A DNA stretch of 60,396 nt, counting the filler, from Sphacelaria rigidula (taxonomy: Eukaryota): the NCBI GenBank assembly GCA_964200075.2. It is 7 parts of 7 records of this genome, joined end to end, with 100 filler letters (N's around TTAATTAATTAA, not from the genome) between each part and the next. Parts side by side here need not be neighbours in the genome. Positions count along the whole stretch, not along the records: positions 1 to 8,543 come from CAXNAA020010840.1; positions 8,644 to 17,186 come from CAXNAA020010841.1; 5 more parts are not named here. One strand, 5' to 3'. A model generated the notes under the pieces. The model was not told the origin of the DNA. It made no database searches and worked only from the letters and a program-made list of their open reading frames with translations. Below, in pieces: positions 1 to 10,582 of the stretch. The translations under genes and the position numbers were made by a program. Each line of letters opens with the position of its first letter. The stretch's first letter is position 1.

Positions 1-269
1 CGTTCCTACTCCTAATAGAGGCACCTCCAACATTCTGGCGCTCATTACGTTCCTTCCGTAGCTCATTACGTTGGGGGGCAGAGCGAACACCGGGGTTATA
101 ATAGATGCCGATGGGAACCGTGGTTGCCGGGGGGTTTTATTTAATATTTGTCGCACCTTGAACCCCCTCCCCTTCCTCGAGACGAGTTCGTGGTCTCAAG
201 GGATCAACCCATCTCCCCCCGGTACACACCTTTCATTTTGGTCTCGCGGATTGGGTCATGACTATCAGC

Positions 270-447
270 ACTCCCGCACCGCGTTGAATTTCGACAAACG
301 AACTCCTTCATACTTTTGTTTCCTCAACTCCTCACCCTTTCGACCGTGGAAATCAGATACTTCGAAGAGAAACCTCGACGCATCGGGAATCGAACCCACG
401 TTCTCTCCACCCTAATCGAGACGTTCGGATCTTTACACCACTGGGGC
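270..447 (-). mobile_element. tRNA-derived SINE-like repeat (copy 1)
   Basis: Minus strand reads GCCCCAGTGGTGTA...GGGTTCGATTCCCG (A-box-like head and B-box), with no closing acceptor stem. The B-box region and downstream body recur at about 57955-58095. Confidence 0.5.
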
Positions 448-1084
448 GCGACGAAGTGGGCGTCAATGTTTGGAGGGGCGCACGAATGTTTGTATCGAGT
501 GAAAAGGGGGTATAATGCTTCTATTCCATGCGTCACGGCACGAAACGACCTGGCCGATTGATTGTGGCACTTGAAGTGATTTCCCAGAGATTCGGTCGTG
601 GTCGAATGATAAAAAATGCCCAAGATGAGCACAAAATGGAAATACTCGCTGAAGAAAGCGGAGGACACAGAATGGTACACTAGGCAGAGAAGACTTATCA
701 ATAAGAAGGGTTAAGAAGGGAAACGAGAAGGGAAACCACGAGGGACAACAAAGACAAGAAAAAGGGGGGAAGAATCTATAAGTGATTGACACCCGCTCAT
801 CCACGAGTTGCCTGAGCTATTTAGTTGCAATTCGTAGAGTTTCTTGTCGAGCACTGTCGATGTCTGCGCGGATGAAAAGGAATATGAGCGGAGGAGAGGG
901 GGCGCGAACCGCCCTCCTGTGGACAGTGTGCTTGCTGTACATCGGAGTGAGGGCTGTTGGCCAAGTAATCAGAAAGTAAGTTTCCACGGTTGTGCTCGTT
1001 ATGACAGTCTGCTCAGGTAAACGAATATTTTTGCAGAATCTAGCACGGAAGCACTGGCTTACAGGTAAGTGTTCTCTTTCCTGC

Positions 1085-2400
1085 CTGGTATGACGCATCA
1101 GCGCTGCGTGGGCACGCCTCCGAAACAGTAACTCCCAACCGTACGATAAGCTCAACGGTTATCTATCGCTGAAAACCCGGCTGCTCGAAGCGGAGGTAGT
1201 GAAAGCCACGCTGTAAAGATGTGCTATATGGACGCTGCGTCCAGAGGACTTCCAAAGTCTGCACACCGCCCACCACAAGCTCTTACTGCGAGAGTTGAAT
1301 TCCGCAGTAAGGATCACGCTGGACACAACCCTCTTACATGAAGACGTACTCTTGAGATGACCAACTGCGAGCGCATCGAGATGCCCATCCGCAAGCATCA
1401 AATCTGGTTCACGGGAGCCCTTGTCGGGCTGGACGAAAGGCGTTCTACAAGGCGCATCGTTTTCGGGCGGGTCGCCACACAAGGGCCGCAGGAGGCTGGC
1501 CGGCCTTTCAAACACTGGCTAAGCCGCCTGCCAGAGAATGTTTGTGCTGTGCCCTAAGGGCTGTTTCACGGAAGTAAGAACAGAGGAATCGGTTTGTCTA
1601 TGGTATGAATAGATCAAAGACTCGCAAGATTGGATTATTGTATCGCCGCGACGCGAAGGACGTGTACATTTGGCACCTGGGAGCCGAGAGAGGGGCTGAG
1701 GAGTTCGAGGAGGCGTGTCGGTTTGGAGACATAATCCAATCGGACCCCAGCCACAAGCAAGAGGCTTTTGAGTTGAGAGACATTAAAAGGAGAGCTGCCA
1801 CCGCTGTCACAAAAAGAAACAGCAACAGCTCGCGAGGGGTCCAGGATGAAACGATGGCGATGACCCACTTTGGTCCCGAGTAGAAATTGGTGGGGGAGGC
1901 GGGGGTAACACATAAACCGACACACCCCTGTATTATCTTTTCGGTTGTTGATTTTTGCCCTTGGCTGGTGACCTCGGCGATATCCCTAGCTGTGCTCCTG
2001 TACATTTCAGCTTTGTCCTCGGGCTTCATCGCTTCCGCGTTTTCCTTTTTCTCCTCTCGTTGCGTCCTCTCCTTTCTTTTTCTTCTTTTTTGCTTTCGTT
2101 GTGTTTTCTTCATACTTCATACAGAAGCGGTGTTTGTGTCGCGTTCCTATAGAGCTCGTGGTGAAAATATCATGCCCGAATAGCGTGGTTCCCGAAGAGG
2201 TGGACCGCAACTTGTCTCCCTGGCCTATTTCTTTCCTTTTCTTTTCTTTTCTTTTCGCTCTCTTTATGTGTTTGTTTTCGCGGATGACTTTGTCGCTTGA
2301 AGCCATGCTACAGGAACAGACGGTTTCTTGTTTATGATTGCCATCCTTGTTTGTTTACCCAGGGCAGGTTTTTCCAATTGCTGAGCAGTAACCTGCTTTC
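1085..2400 (+). mobile_element. Degenerate RTE-like LINE: 3' part of ORF2 plus 3' UTR
   Basis: Broken frames give RISAAWARLR...LSLKTRLLEAEVV...AHHKLLL, TNCERIEMPIRKHQIWFTGALV...RRIVFGRV and WHLGAERGAE, typical of RTE post-RT C-termini. Homologous to 54980-56255 (-). Confidence 0.8.
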
Positions 2401-3510
2401 ACGTTCGTATATATGTGTCTTTTTTGCGCACGGGTTTTGCATCTAGAGCCTTGCTGCAGAGGCTGCCCATTTCTTGTTGTGATGTTCACCTCTACTTTCG
2501 TCGGGACCGGTTATTCGTATCCTTCTCATTTCCGGTTCTTTCCCTTCCTTTCCTTTTCTTTCCTTTCCTTTCCGTTTGTGTTTTCCTGCTTTATTTCAAT
2601 TTATCTCTGGGTTCCTGTCCACTCTGTTCCGACCCCTTCGTGCTTCTTCACTATTTTCTCCTTCTCGAGTTTTCTTTCTCGAGCGTTTCCGTTTCGTTTG
2701 TCTACGACTATCTTGTGGATCATGACCAAGCATGGATTTCTTGGGGATTCGTTAATGGTCGACAACCAGTCGATCGAATCAATCAAGAACGTTGGGGAAA
2801 CTACAGTCTCATCGCTCCAGGAATCATCCTGCTGATTCCCTCGAGATTCATTTATGCATGATGTTGCGCCTGACATTTTCCAGCTCGTTGAGGGTTACCT
2901 GATACTCATGACCCAAGAGAAGACAAACTCATCTTATAGAGTTGCCGCACTAGTATTCAACGAGGATTCCAAATGGCACCAAATATTTCCGACAATAAGC
3001 AACACATATTTTAACAGCTACCGTCCATTACGTAATCTCTCAGGAGGTCGTCTAGTGTCATGAGTAGCTCCATCGATTCACCGATCGCCGTACATCCGCT
3101 GACCCGCTACGAACGCGGGAGTGGTTACAAGATAGAAGCACCCGACGTACGGTAACACAGGTGGCCGGAAGAGTGCCTTGTCGCCAATATTGCAACGTTC
3201 CACACTTTGTGGGGTCGTCGACGTGTACGCAACGTACCAGAAGGTTGGCGTACTCCAGTCTGACGCGCGCACAATATTGGTACGCCTTGCATGGATGTTG
3301 ATCATCACATCAAAGCGTGCAACGTTGCAATATGCGCCTCAATATGAATCCTCTGGCCACCGGTGAAACAAGTGGGAGTACCCGCCGAGGGAACGCCGGG
3401 CAACGGGGGAACATGAAAAAAACAAGACAAAGAAACAAAAAGATCTAACTAAGCTCGAACGGAAAAGCAAAAACAGAAAGAAAGAAGAAGAGGAGGAGTT
3501 GCCAAGGTTA

Positions 3511-3770
3511 CAAGGGCCGGGAGAATTAATGATTCGTCTGGAAACTACTTGAGTTTGGTGTAATTGATTCGTACCGTACGAATCAATCCTTGAGCTTTGT
3601 TTTCAGCGTTGCAACCCAGGTACGCGCGGCCCTGGGTCGTGGAATGACTCGAAAGTTGCGTTGATACCTTTACCTTTTTGAGGCCAATGTTTTTCACCTC
3701 TTTCGAGCAGTCACGCCTGAAAAATCGTTGATTTAGAGATTCGAACCGGCGATGATTCTTTCGAACCGTG
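3511..3770. mobile_element. hAT-type MITE (about 260 bp), diverged copy
   Basis: Ends CAAGGGCCGGGAGAAT...ATTCTTTCGAACCGTG; flanks CAAGGTTA/CCAGCTTA (6/8 match, putative TSD); central palindrome ATTGATTCGTAC-C-GTACGAATCAAT; homologous to 56512-56761. Confidence 0.75.
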
Positions 3771-4052
3771 CCAGCTTACATCGACCCCAATGACAACTCC
3801 AACAGAGATGCCGCTGCTGGGGCTGCGGGTGAGGAAGCCGCACAAGAACAATGTCGCGAGAGCACGTTTCGACTCAGCTACCTGAGAACCGTACCATCGG
3901 AGCAGGAAATCCCACGTGTGATATCTCTGCAGAAGGAGGACATGAATTCTACTGCGGCTCAGAAATCAGAAAAAAGCGAGAAACGAGTGAGAACGTAAAC
4001 CCTAACCTGAATGTTTCGTTGTTCGACCTCACCAACAGTAGTACTCTCTTAC

Positions 4053-4177
4053 CGGATGCCCTGTTCCTGGCTGCCGTCGGCAAATGAGATCTTGTACAAT
4101 CCTTCGTGGCTATCGGCAACGGCGCCCATTAACCAGCCGCGTCCGGGCGTTTTTGATAGTGCCAGGACGACATCGCC
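4053..4177 (-). CDS. Exon of multi-Tudor/Agenet protein (8th Tudor-like repeat)
   Basis: cag|GGC...CG|gtaag. Encodes GDVVLALSKTPGRGWLMGAVADSHEGLYKISFADGSQEQGI, joining in phase 0 to ...KTAEK of the previous exon. Not in the ORF track. Confidence 0.8.
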
Positions 4178-4952
4178 CTGATGTCAACAGCGAGTATAAA
4201 GTCCGACCCCCGCGTGCGACTGTCCGTCAACGAAGGTCTAGGTACGGAATGGCGTAACGCTCCTATCATGGGAGGTCTAATGGTACAACAATCGTGCAAG
4301 TTGTTGTGGATCGCCTACCAGTTCCGGAGAGCGGCGAAGCAAATTGTTGCAATAAATTGATCTTCGGTGATGTTGTTCAACATACCGCATTCATGCCGAC
4401 AGAATTTCCACCTTGTTTGGCACACTAGGCTTCGGTGTCGCCCATGGATCAGTACGTACATATATAGGCAGTAGCAACGAACGATGCTGTTGACATGGCA
4501 CACGCACGGTGCACGATAAGTTCGGGAATCTTCATGAACAGCGTAATCTGCTCAAGCAAGGAATTATGTTCCTATTATCGCGCCAAAAAGAGAGGGATGG
4601 TTCAAATCACCGGCAGGGTTATCAACATAAAATTAAAACTATCTAGCGACAGATGTTTCCGAAGCACTGACGTGCTACAGCAATGTTTTTCTTAATAGGG
4701 ACGCATTCAGTGTTTCAGAGGAATATCCGTAGGGAGCATTCGACCGTCCGTTCCCCCCTCCCACTAGCGTTTTTCAAAGTGAAACATTTATCCGCAAGAA
4801 CTGTATGAGGGGCAACTACACAAGCCGTTAACACAACTATACATAAAGTACGCCGTAGCAACATCAGAAAACATATGCCCCCCACACACTGTATATGAGC
4901 ATCAGCGTGAAACCAATATCACGATTAGTTCGAGTCTCATCTGCATGACATT

Positions 4953-5041
4953 GCGTGCTTTGTCCCGGCTTTGTAGGGATGCGAGGTCAATGGTCATTAA
5001 ACTATGGCGTGCAAGACCATGAGTACACCTCCCCCCCTCCC
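4953..5041 (-). mobile_element. PPT + LTR-start fragment (TGTACTCATG family)
   Basis: Minus strand: purine run GGGAGGGGGGGAGG then TGTACTCATGG...CCATTGACCTCGCATCCCTACAAAGCCGGGAC. Same family as 15921, 29202, 45725 and 60326. Confidence 0.7.
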
Positions 5042-5108
5042 GCTCAAGGTCTTGCCCAGGTCTGCTCCACGCCCCGCTCCGGTGAAACCTATACAACCTG
5101 TATGTCAC

Positions 5109-5318
5109 CTTTTCGGCTGTTTTTTGACGGATTATCTGGCGCGGTCGAAGGCGTTCCGGGGCGATTCTGGTCTCCTCGGGCTTTCCTTTCTCCTGACCAT
5201 ACCGAATGTTGAAACGCCCGTTATTGATGGCAGATACGGTGCCCACGCGCCACAAGTTCCGATCTTGCATATCATACGATGCCGACTTCTCGGAAATACC
5301 GCGCCGAAGCACGTACAC
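5109..5318 (-). CDS. Exon of multi-Tudor/Agenet protein (7th repeat)
   Basis: aag|GTGTAC...AAG|gtgaca, 210 bp, phase 0-0. Encodes VYVLRRG...LWRVGTVSAINNGRFNIRYG...RIAPERLRP, completing IDVGDS from the upstream exon. Confidence 0.8.
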
Positions 5319-5697
5319 CTTTTTGTTTGTTTGTTTGAAGGCAGGAAAAGAGGTGGAAATGTCAAACGTGTTGTTATCGGGTCGAAGTCATTGCATGAAA
5401 AAAAAAGGTTTCCATGCGTTTGCTGCGCTCGGCACAGAGGATAAAGGTCCAGCCTTCTACTTTGATGTGATCGAGGTGCACATATATTAGCACGATAGAG
5501 CACGTATACCAATCAGGCGACGTAAATGCACAGAAGACTGCATTCCATCATTATTTAGCACACTGAATGACCTTTATTTTTTCCGTCCCACCACACCACA
5601 CCGCACCACACCACACCACACCACACCAGGCCATGCCATGCCATGCCAGACCACAGCAAATATGAGCAAATGCCATTTATTTCAGAATGCTACTCAC

Positions 5698-7920
5698 CGA
5701 ATCTCCAACATCAATTTTGTCGCATAATGAGCCTCCTTCGGATCCGTAGCCGTCATACGGTTGTGCTGTGTCGATGTTGCCACCGTGTGTTCCTTCTTCC
5801 TTTCCGTCCCCTCCGACACCAGTGCTGTAGACATCCAGGCCTCGGATGAAGAAGAACGAAAGTTCCAATGCCTGGGTACCGTCTGTGAAATCCACGTCAT
5901 ATTTTCCTCTCTCACACACGTTTCTGATGCTTCCGGGAGACCAGATGTTCTCATCCTCACATCTGGCGATTACTGGTTCGCCGACAGAAAATTGGCGCTG
6001 ACGCAGACGACTTTGACTTTTTGATCCATGCCCTGGGCGACCCTCTGTGGCAGGTCCCTCATCATGGGAAGTACCATCTACGTCTCTACTGACGCACCTA
6101 TCCCTATCACCATCGGCTTGTGGGCGAGAGGGTGCGGCGGTGGACACCGAACGATCATCATTTTCGCGAGGAGGTCCGTCGAACGAAGCAATGTGCATGA
6201 ACAGGAGTGAATCCAGCCTTGTGCCGTCGGCCCACTCCACCGAGTACCTCCCACGCCCTGCAACCTCTATTATCACAGCTGGGGTCCATGGTTTAAGTTT
6301 GGGAGCACACGCAAGCACAATATCTCCCTTGTGGTGTTTCTTAGCTCTCAACGGCTTGGTCGGCGGCGGGGGACTGCGGGGGATCTCTGGCCTGTCGTCA
6401 TCGCAATCATGATCACCTCCCGTTTGTTGTGAGGAGAGGTACAGGGGAATAACCTTGGTCTGCCGTGTGCTGGTGACTACTTCATCCTCTCCTACGAAAA
6501 CGATGGAAGCTGTCCCCCTTCCACCGTTGTTCTCTTTCACCTTAGCCGGAAACCAGTCTCCATCTGCCCTTCCACTGTCTCTCTGAGCAAGAACGGTATC
6601 TCCAGATAACAGCAAGTCTCCCGCGGTGGTCAGTGAAACGGCACTGTTTTCATTCCAGCGCCTGACGAAGACGCACGGTATATTTTCACCCATATGTCCG
6701 CGGTCGAAACTGATGTCGTAGTGCATACCCTTGGTGCCAACCTCCACGATAACCCCAATCCCCCACACACTGTTCGAGTTCGGTCCGGGGGGGTATCTGG
6801 CGAGAACTTCGTCTCCGCGCCTCAGGACCTTCGGAATTGCAGCCCGTGCCTTGGCCAAAAGCTCTTCGCGTTTCTCCTCGTAGCGAATCTCGGCTTCCTC
6901 TGCCGACGTCAGTGACTTCGAGTTCGTTGCCGCTGGGCTCGTGAAAGACTCCGACGGGTCGTCACCATCACGACCCCGTGCACGGAGCATGGTAGGATGG
7001 AGGTCAACCTCGTCTGCACTTCCGCGAAACATAACAACGTATGTGCCTGTGGCCGTCCTGCTCACCACCTGTGCGGACGCCCAGACGTTCGCTGAAGACC
7101 CCCCGTCGCGAGCGAGTACCTCCTCACCGACCCTGAATGTCTTTTGGCGAATAACTGTCTCCCCGTCGTCGCGTCTCACCATCGTGGGAGATACCGAGCG
7201 GTGTCCTGCACCCCAGGTGTCGTCGGCCGCGCGTATGCGATTCTCAAGAATGTCATCCTCGCGTCCTCCGTTGGAGAACCACACCGTGTACAGGTACCTC
7301 CCGTGGTTTCCGCCACCATCCCTGCCAGCACCAAGCGTCTCGACTGTTGAGCGAACTGCGTCGACAGTAGCAGACGACCACGAGTCCGACCCCTCCAAAC
7401 GGACCTGCACAGTCTGGCCCTCGTAAAATAGCGGCCCGTCGCCGGAGATGCCGTCGACATTCCTATCGTGTCGCCGTGACTTGTTGCGATCATTACTGCT
7501 AGTGTTGGACACGTGTTTGTGACCGTCCTGAATGCGATGGTAGGCGGCGCCTTCGGAGTTGATTAACTGCTCTCGATCGTTTCTGCGGCCACCCAACCTA
7601 CCATCCGCTGACGTGATGCGAGTTACGCGTTCCCCTCCGGGTTGTTCAGGTTTTGCCTCCTCGAGTTCGATGTGAAGCCGCTTGGTCTCCTCGAGCATTG
7701 CCGAGTTTTCGGCTCGTAGTCTTTTCAATTCGTTCGCCCCTTGTCCGGATGAAAACTCATCGCCTGTGGGTTCGCATTTCTCCATAATCAACTCTTCAAC
7801 TCTCACGGCGAGTGCCTCCTTTTCTTTCGCCAGCTGAATGAGGTACTCCGACTTTTGCGTTGTTTGAAAATCGGTCACCTCTTGCTGTTTTTTCCTTAGC
7901 TCGGACTTGAGATCAGAGAT
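5698..7920 (-). CDS. Large internal exon: coiled-coil region plus six tandem Tudor/Agenet-like domains
   Basis: 2223-bp open exon (cag|ATC...TCG|gtgagt) inside ORF 5677-7995. Repeated F/L-x-x-G-D/E-x-V-L-A-R...W-x-x-A/G-x-V/I...Y-x-V/I-x-F-x-D-G motif; N-terminal heptad-rich segment (SDLKSELRKKQQEV...ELEE). Confidence 0.9.
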
Positions 7921-8543
7921 CTGATACACAGCAATCAAATACAGCGATGAAAAGTGCACAGCAGTTGCACCAATGTACAGTAGGTGGATGCACACGAGTG
8001 GACGCTTCCAACAAGTATACCGCTATCCCCGCGTGTCTCGGCACCCACTCTATCAAATACCTGCTGTGCCTCAAGTGTTCGACACAATAAAGGACCGGTA
8101 GTCGGTACGGGCGCGCTGGCGTTGCAAGTTGCACGTGGCAACCATTTGTTTCCCCTCTTTGAAAGGAAGCACCGTTACTGTCGATCACCCGGAATCGAAG
8201 AATATACTCCTGTGCACATCGAAAGCTTCTACCTAAAACATTATCGTTTTTTTTTATGTCTCGGCAACTTGCGTCTGTACGTACATGCTTCCTGCAAAGT
8301 ATGCCAAGCGCATACTCCCTTCGCTGACGTTTGCCCGCGGGGTGTTTATGCTGTGGTTTGGACAGTAGGGCGGACGATGGTTATTTTACTATTTTCTTAG
8401 GACGTTGTGAAACTGCTTTTACCGACTGGGCTTGAAAAAAACTCATGTTTGTTGGCCTTCACTTGCTACAACTCCTCCCCCCCCCCCCTCCCCCCCCCCC
8501 CCCCCCCCCCCCCCCCCACTCCCTCTCTCCCCGCCCCCGCTTC

Positions 8544-8643
8544 NNNNNNNNNNNNNNNNNNNNNNNNNNNNNNNNNNNNNNNNNNNNTTAATTAATTAAN
8601 NNNNNNNNNNNNNNNNNNNNNNNNNNNNNNNNNNNNNNNNNNN
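8544..8643. other. Artificial scaffold linker (N44-TTAATTAATTAA-N44)
   Basis: Same 100-bp linker recurs every 8642-8643 bp. Confidence 0.99.
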
Positions 8644-9215
8644 GCAGGTGCGTAAAGTACAAGAGCGAACGGTGTTCGCGGCCAACGTGGAGAAATTTCA
8701 TGTGCACCCAGAACAGCTGCAGCATTCAGGTCCAGGCGAGGTCTGTTAGCTAGCTTGGGGGGGCACATTTTGGGTTAGCCGAGGAGATCACGACCGTTCC
8801 GCAACTGTATACATTGACAGATAGAAAAGTGGTGTTGGGAGCAAGATCGCCCTGGGAATGGGCCTATCGGGGGTTGTTTCATGACGGAACCGAGTCTCAC
8901 TGGCTTTCAGAGGAGGAAGTTTTAGACAGTTTCACTGAGCTACAGTTGGACGTGTTTCATGCTTTGTGGAAACTATATAACCCGCAAACCAAACCGCGCC
9001 CATCCATTAACCCATCTCGAGCGGGAAGAGACTCTTTTTCTCGGGATGAAGCTTTGCGACTCATTCCTTGAGGGACCAGAATACGTGAACAGTTTGTGGA
9101 CAGCCAAGGTGAGCGACAGGAGTTCAACGGGGAAGTGTTCGACTTCCGTCAGCCGTATTACCGTATCAAGTAGGAGGAGGGGGATTGGGAAGAGATGACG
9201 CCGTCGGAGGTCAGT
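8644..9215 (+). mobile_element. Ty3/gypsy-like pol C-terminal remnant: chromodomain-like segment then Tudor-like segment (pseudogenised)
   Basis: One frame with stops at 9069 and 9171: LYTLTDRKVV...WEWAYRGLFHDGTESHWLSEEEVLDSFTELQLDVFHALW...RDEALRLIP*GTRIREQF...FNGEVFDFRQPYYRIK*EEGDWEEMTPSEV. Confidence 0.7.
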
Positions 9216-9225
9216 TCCCGTTGAC

Positions 9226-9376
9226 CGTCTATACTCGTGCACACTCCGACAATCAATTCGAAGATGATCGTCGACTTGTGCACGCTCTGACAATTCATTC
9301 AAAGATAACCGCCTACATGCGCGTGCTCCGACAATCAATTCGAAGATGACCGTCTACCTGTCTGCGCGCTATGACC
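9226..9376. repeat. Imperfect tandem duplication (about 83-bp period, 2 copies)
   Basis: CTCCGACAATCAATTCGAAGATGA occurs at about 9244 and 9326 with similar flanks. Confidence 0.8.
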
Positions 9377-9683
9377 GTCCCGGGGGCAGGGCTGCATTCT
9401 TCTGGTCTTGGGAGTCCATGGGTTCCACACATTCCTTTGCCGAGATTTACACCGGAAATAATCTGATGAAATTTGCTGGCTTGTAATGAACGACTCGTGT
9501 GTTTATCGTGGAGACTATGCAAGTTGCCACCAATATACAAGTCGGACATCGAATGGATGAACTAAAAAAAGTTGTATTAATCAAATATGTGTATATATAT
9601 GCTTGCGCCATACAGCGAACGAGCAGGATTTGATTGCATGCAGGAAAATGGGCGAGGACGAAGGTTCAAGATGTCAAGACCAT

Positions 9684-10149
9684 GTGTTTTCGAACAGCTT
9701 GACAGGAGATCCAGGAGTTTCCCGTGTGTTTTCGAACAGGTTGACAGGTCACCAGGAGTTTCCCTTGCGCGCGCGAACAGGTTGGCCGAGATCCAGGATT
9801 TCCCATATGTTTTCGAACAGGTCGACAGGGAGCCAGGATTTCCAATATGTTTTCGAACAGGTTGACAGGGAGCCAGGATTTCCAATATGTTTTCGAACAG
9901 GTTGACAGGGGGCCAGGAGTTTCCCTTTCGCGTGCGAACAGGTTGACAGGCATCCAGGAATTCCCATGCTATCCGAGCAGGTTGACAGGGAGCCAGGATT
10001 TCCCATACGTTTTCCAACAGGTTGAGACGGGGCCAGGAGGTTCCCTTGCGCGTGCGAACAGGTTGACAGGGATCCAGGATTTCCCATATGTTTTCGAACA
10101 GGTTACCAGGGGGCCAGGAGTTTCCCTTTCGCGTGCGAACAGGTTGCAG
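9684..10149. repeat. Minisatellite, about 40-bp unit, about 11.5 copies, two unit subtypes
   Basis: Core CGAACAGGTTGACAGG-x3-CCAGGA followed by either TTTCCCATATGTTTT or GTTTCCCTT(T/G)CGCGTG. Confidence 0.95.
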
Positions 10150-10216
10150 AAAGGGGCTCAATTGCGAGGTAGACTCCCCGATGTACCAAGATCCGCAAAC
10201 GGTTTACGGACAGCCC

Positions 10217-10582
10217 AGAGCGGTCAACAAGATCAAGGACTTCTCCGGACTGGGTGGGATCGCTTCTGTACGGTGTTTAAATTCCCTACGCGGTCTAACC
10301 CGGCAGAGCGGTCAACAAGATCAAGGACTTCTCCGGACTGGATGGGATAGTTTCTGTACGGTGTTCAAATTCCCTACGTGGTCTAACCCGGCAGAAGGAT
10401 CTACAAGAGCGGGAGTTGCCGAGACTGTTTGAGGTTGTCGTGCACGGTGTTTAAATTCCCTACGTGGTCTAACCCGGCAGAGCAGTCAACAAGATCAATG
10501 ACACCTCCGGACTGGAAGGGATCATCCTACACGGTGTTTAAAGTCCCCACGTGGTCTAACCCGGCAGAACGATTATCAAGAT
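10217..10582. repeat. Minisatellite, about 88-bp unit, about 4.2 copies
   Basis: Conserved block ACGGTGTTTAAATTCCCTACGTGGTCTAACCCGGCAGA occurs four times, with more variable but related intervening ~50 bp. Confidence 0.95.

Noticed and set aside
380..447. Functional tRNA gene
   Set aside because: B-box present, but no pairing acceptor stem or credible anticodon arm.
2007..2861. Hydrophobic Phe-rich or Lys/Arg-rich ORFs (also 23259, 40472, 42538, 55161)
   Set aside because: Translations of T-rich LINE 3' UTRs and microsatellites, not real proteins.
3771..3960. Next exon of the Tudor gene
   Set aside because: Candidate acceptors give either an early stop or no Tudor motif; the region is interrupted by a MITE and looks repeat-derived.
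8588..8599. TTAATTAATTAA palindrome recurring at regular spacing
   Set aside because: Artificial all-frame-stop linker embedded in Ns.
9577..10432. Several long overlapping ORFs
   Set aside because: They arise from stop-poor tandem repeats whose units are mostly not multiples of three, and are open on both strands.
9684..10582. CRISPR-like appearance (constant block plus variable interval)
   Set aside because: The variable parts are homologous to each other rather than unique spacers; there are no cas genes and the context is eukaryotic.
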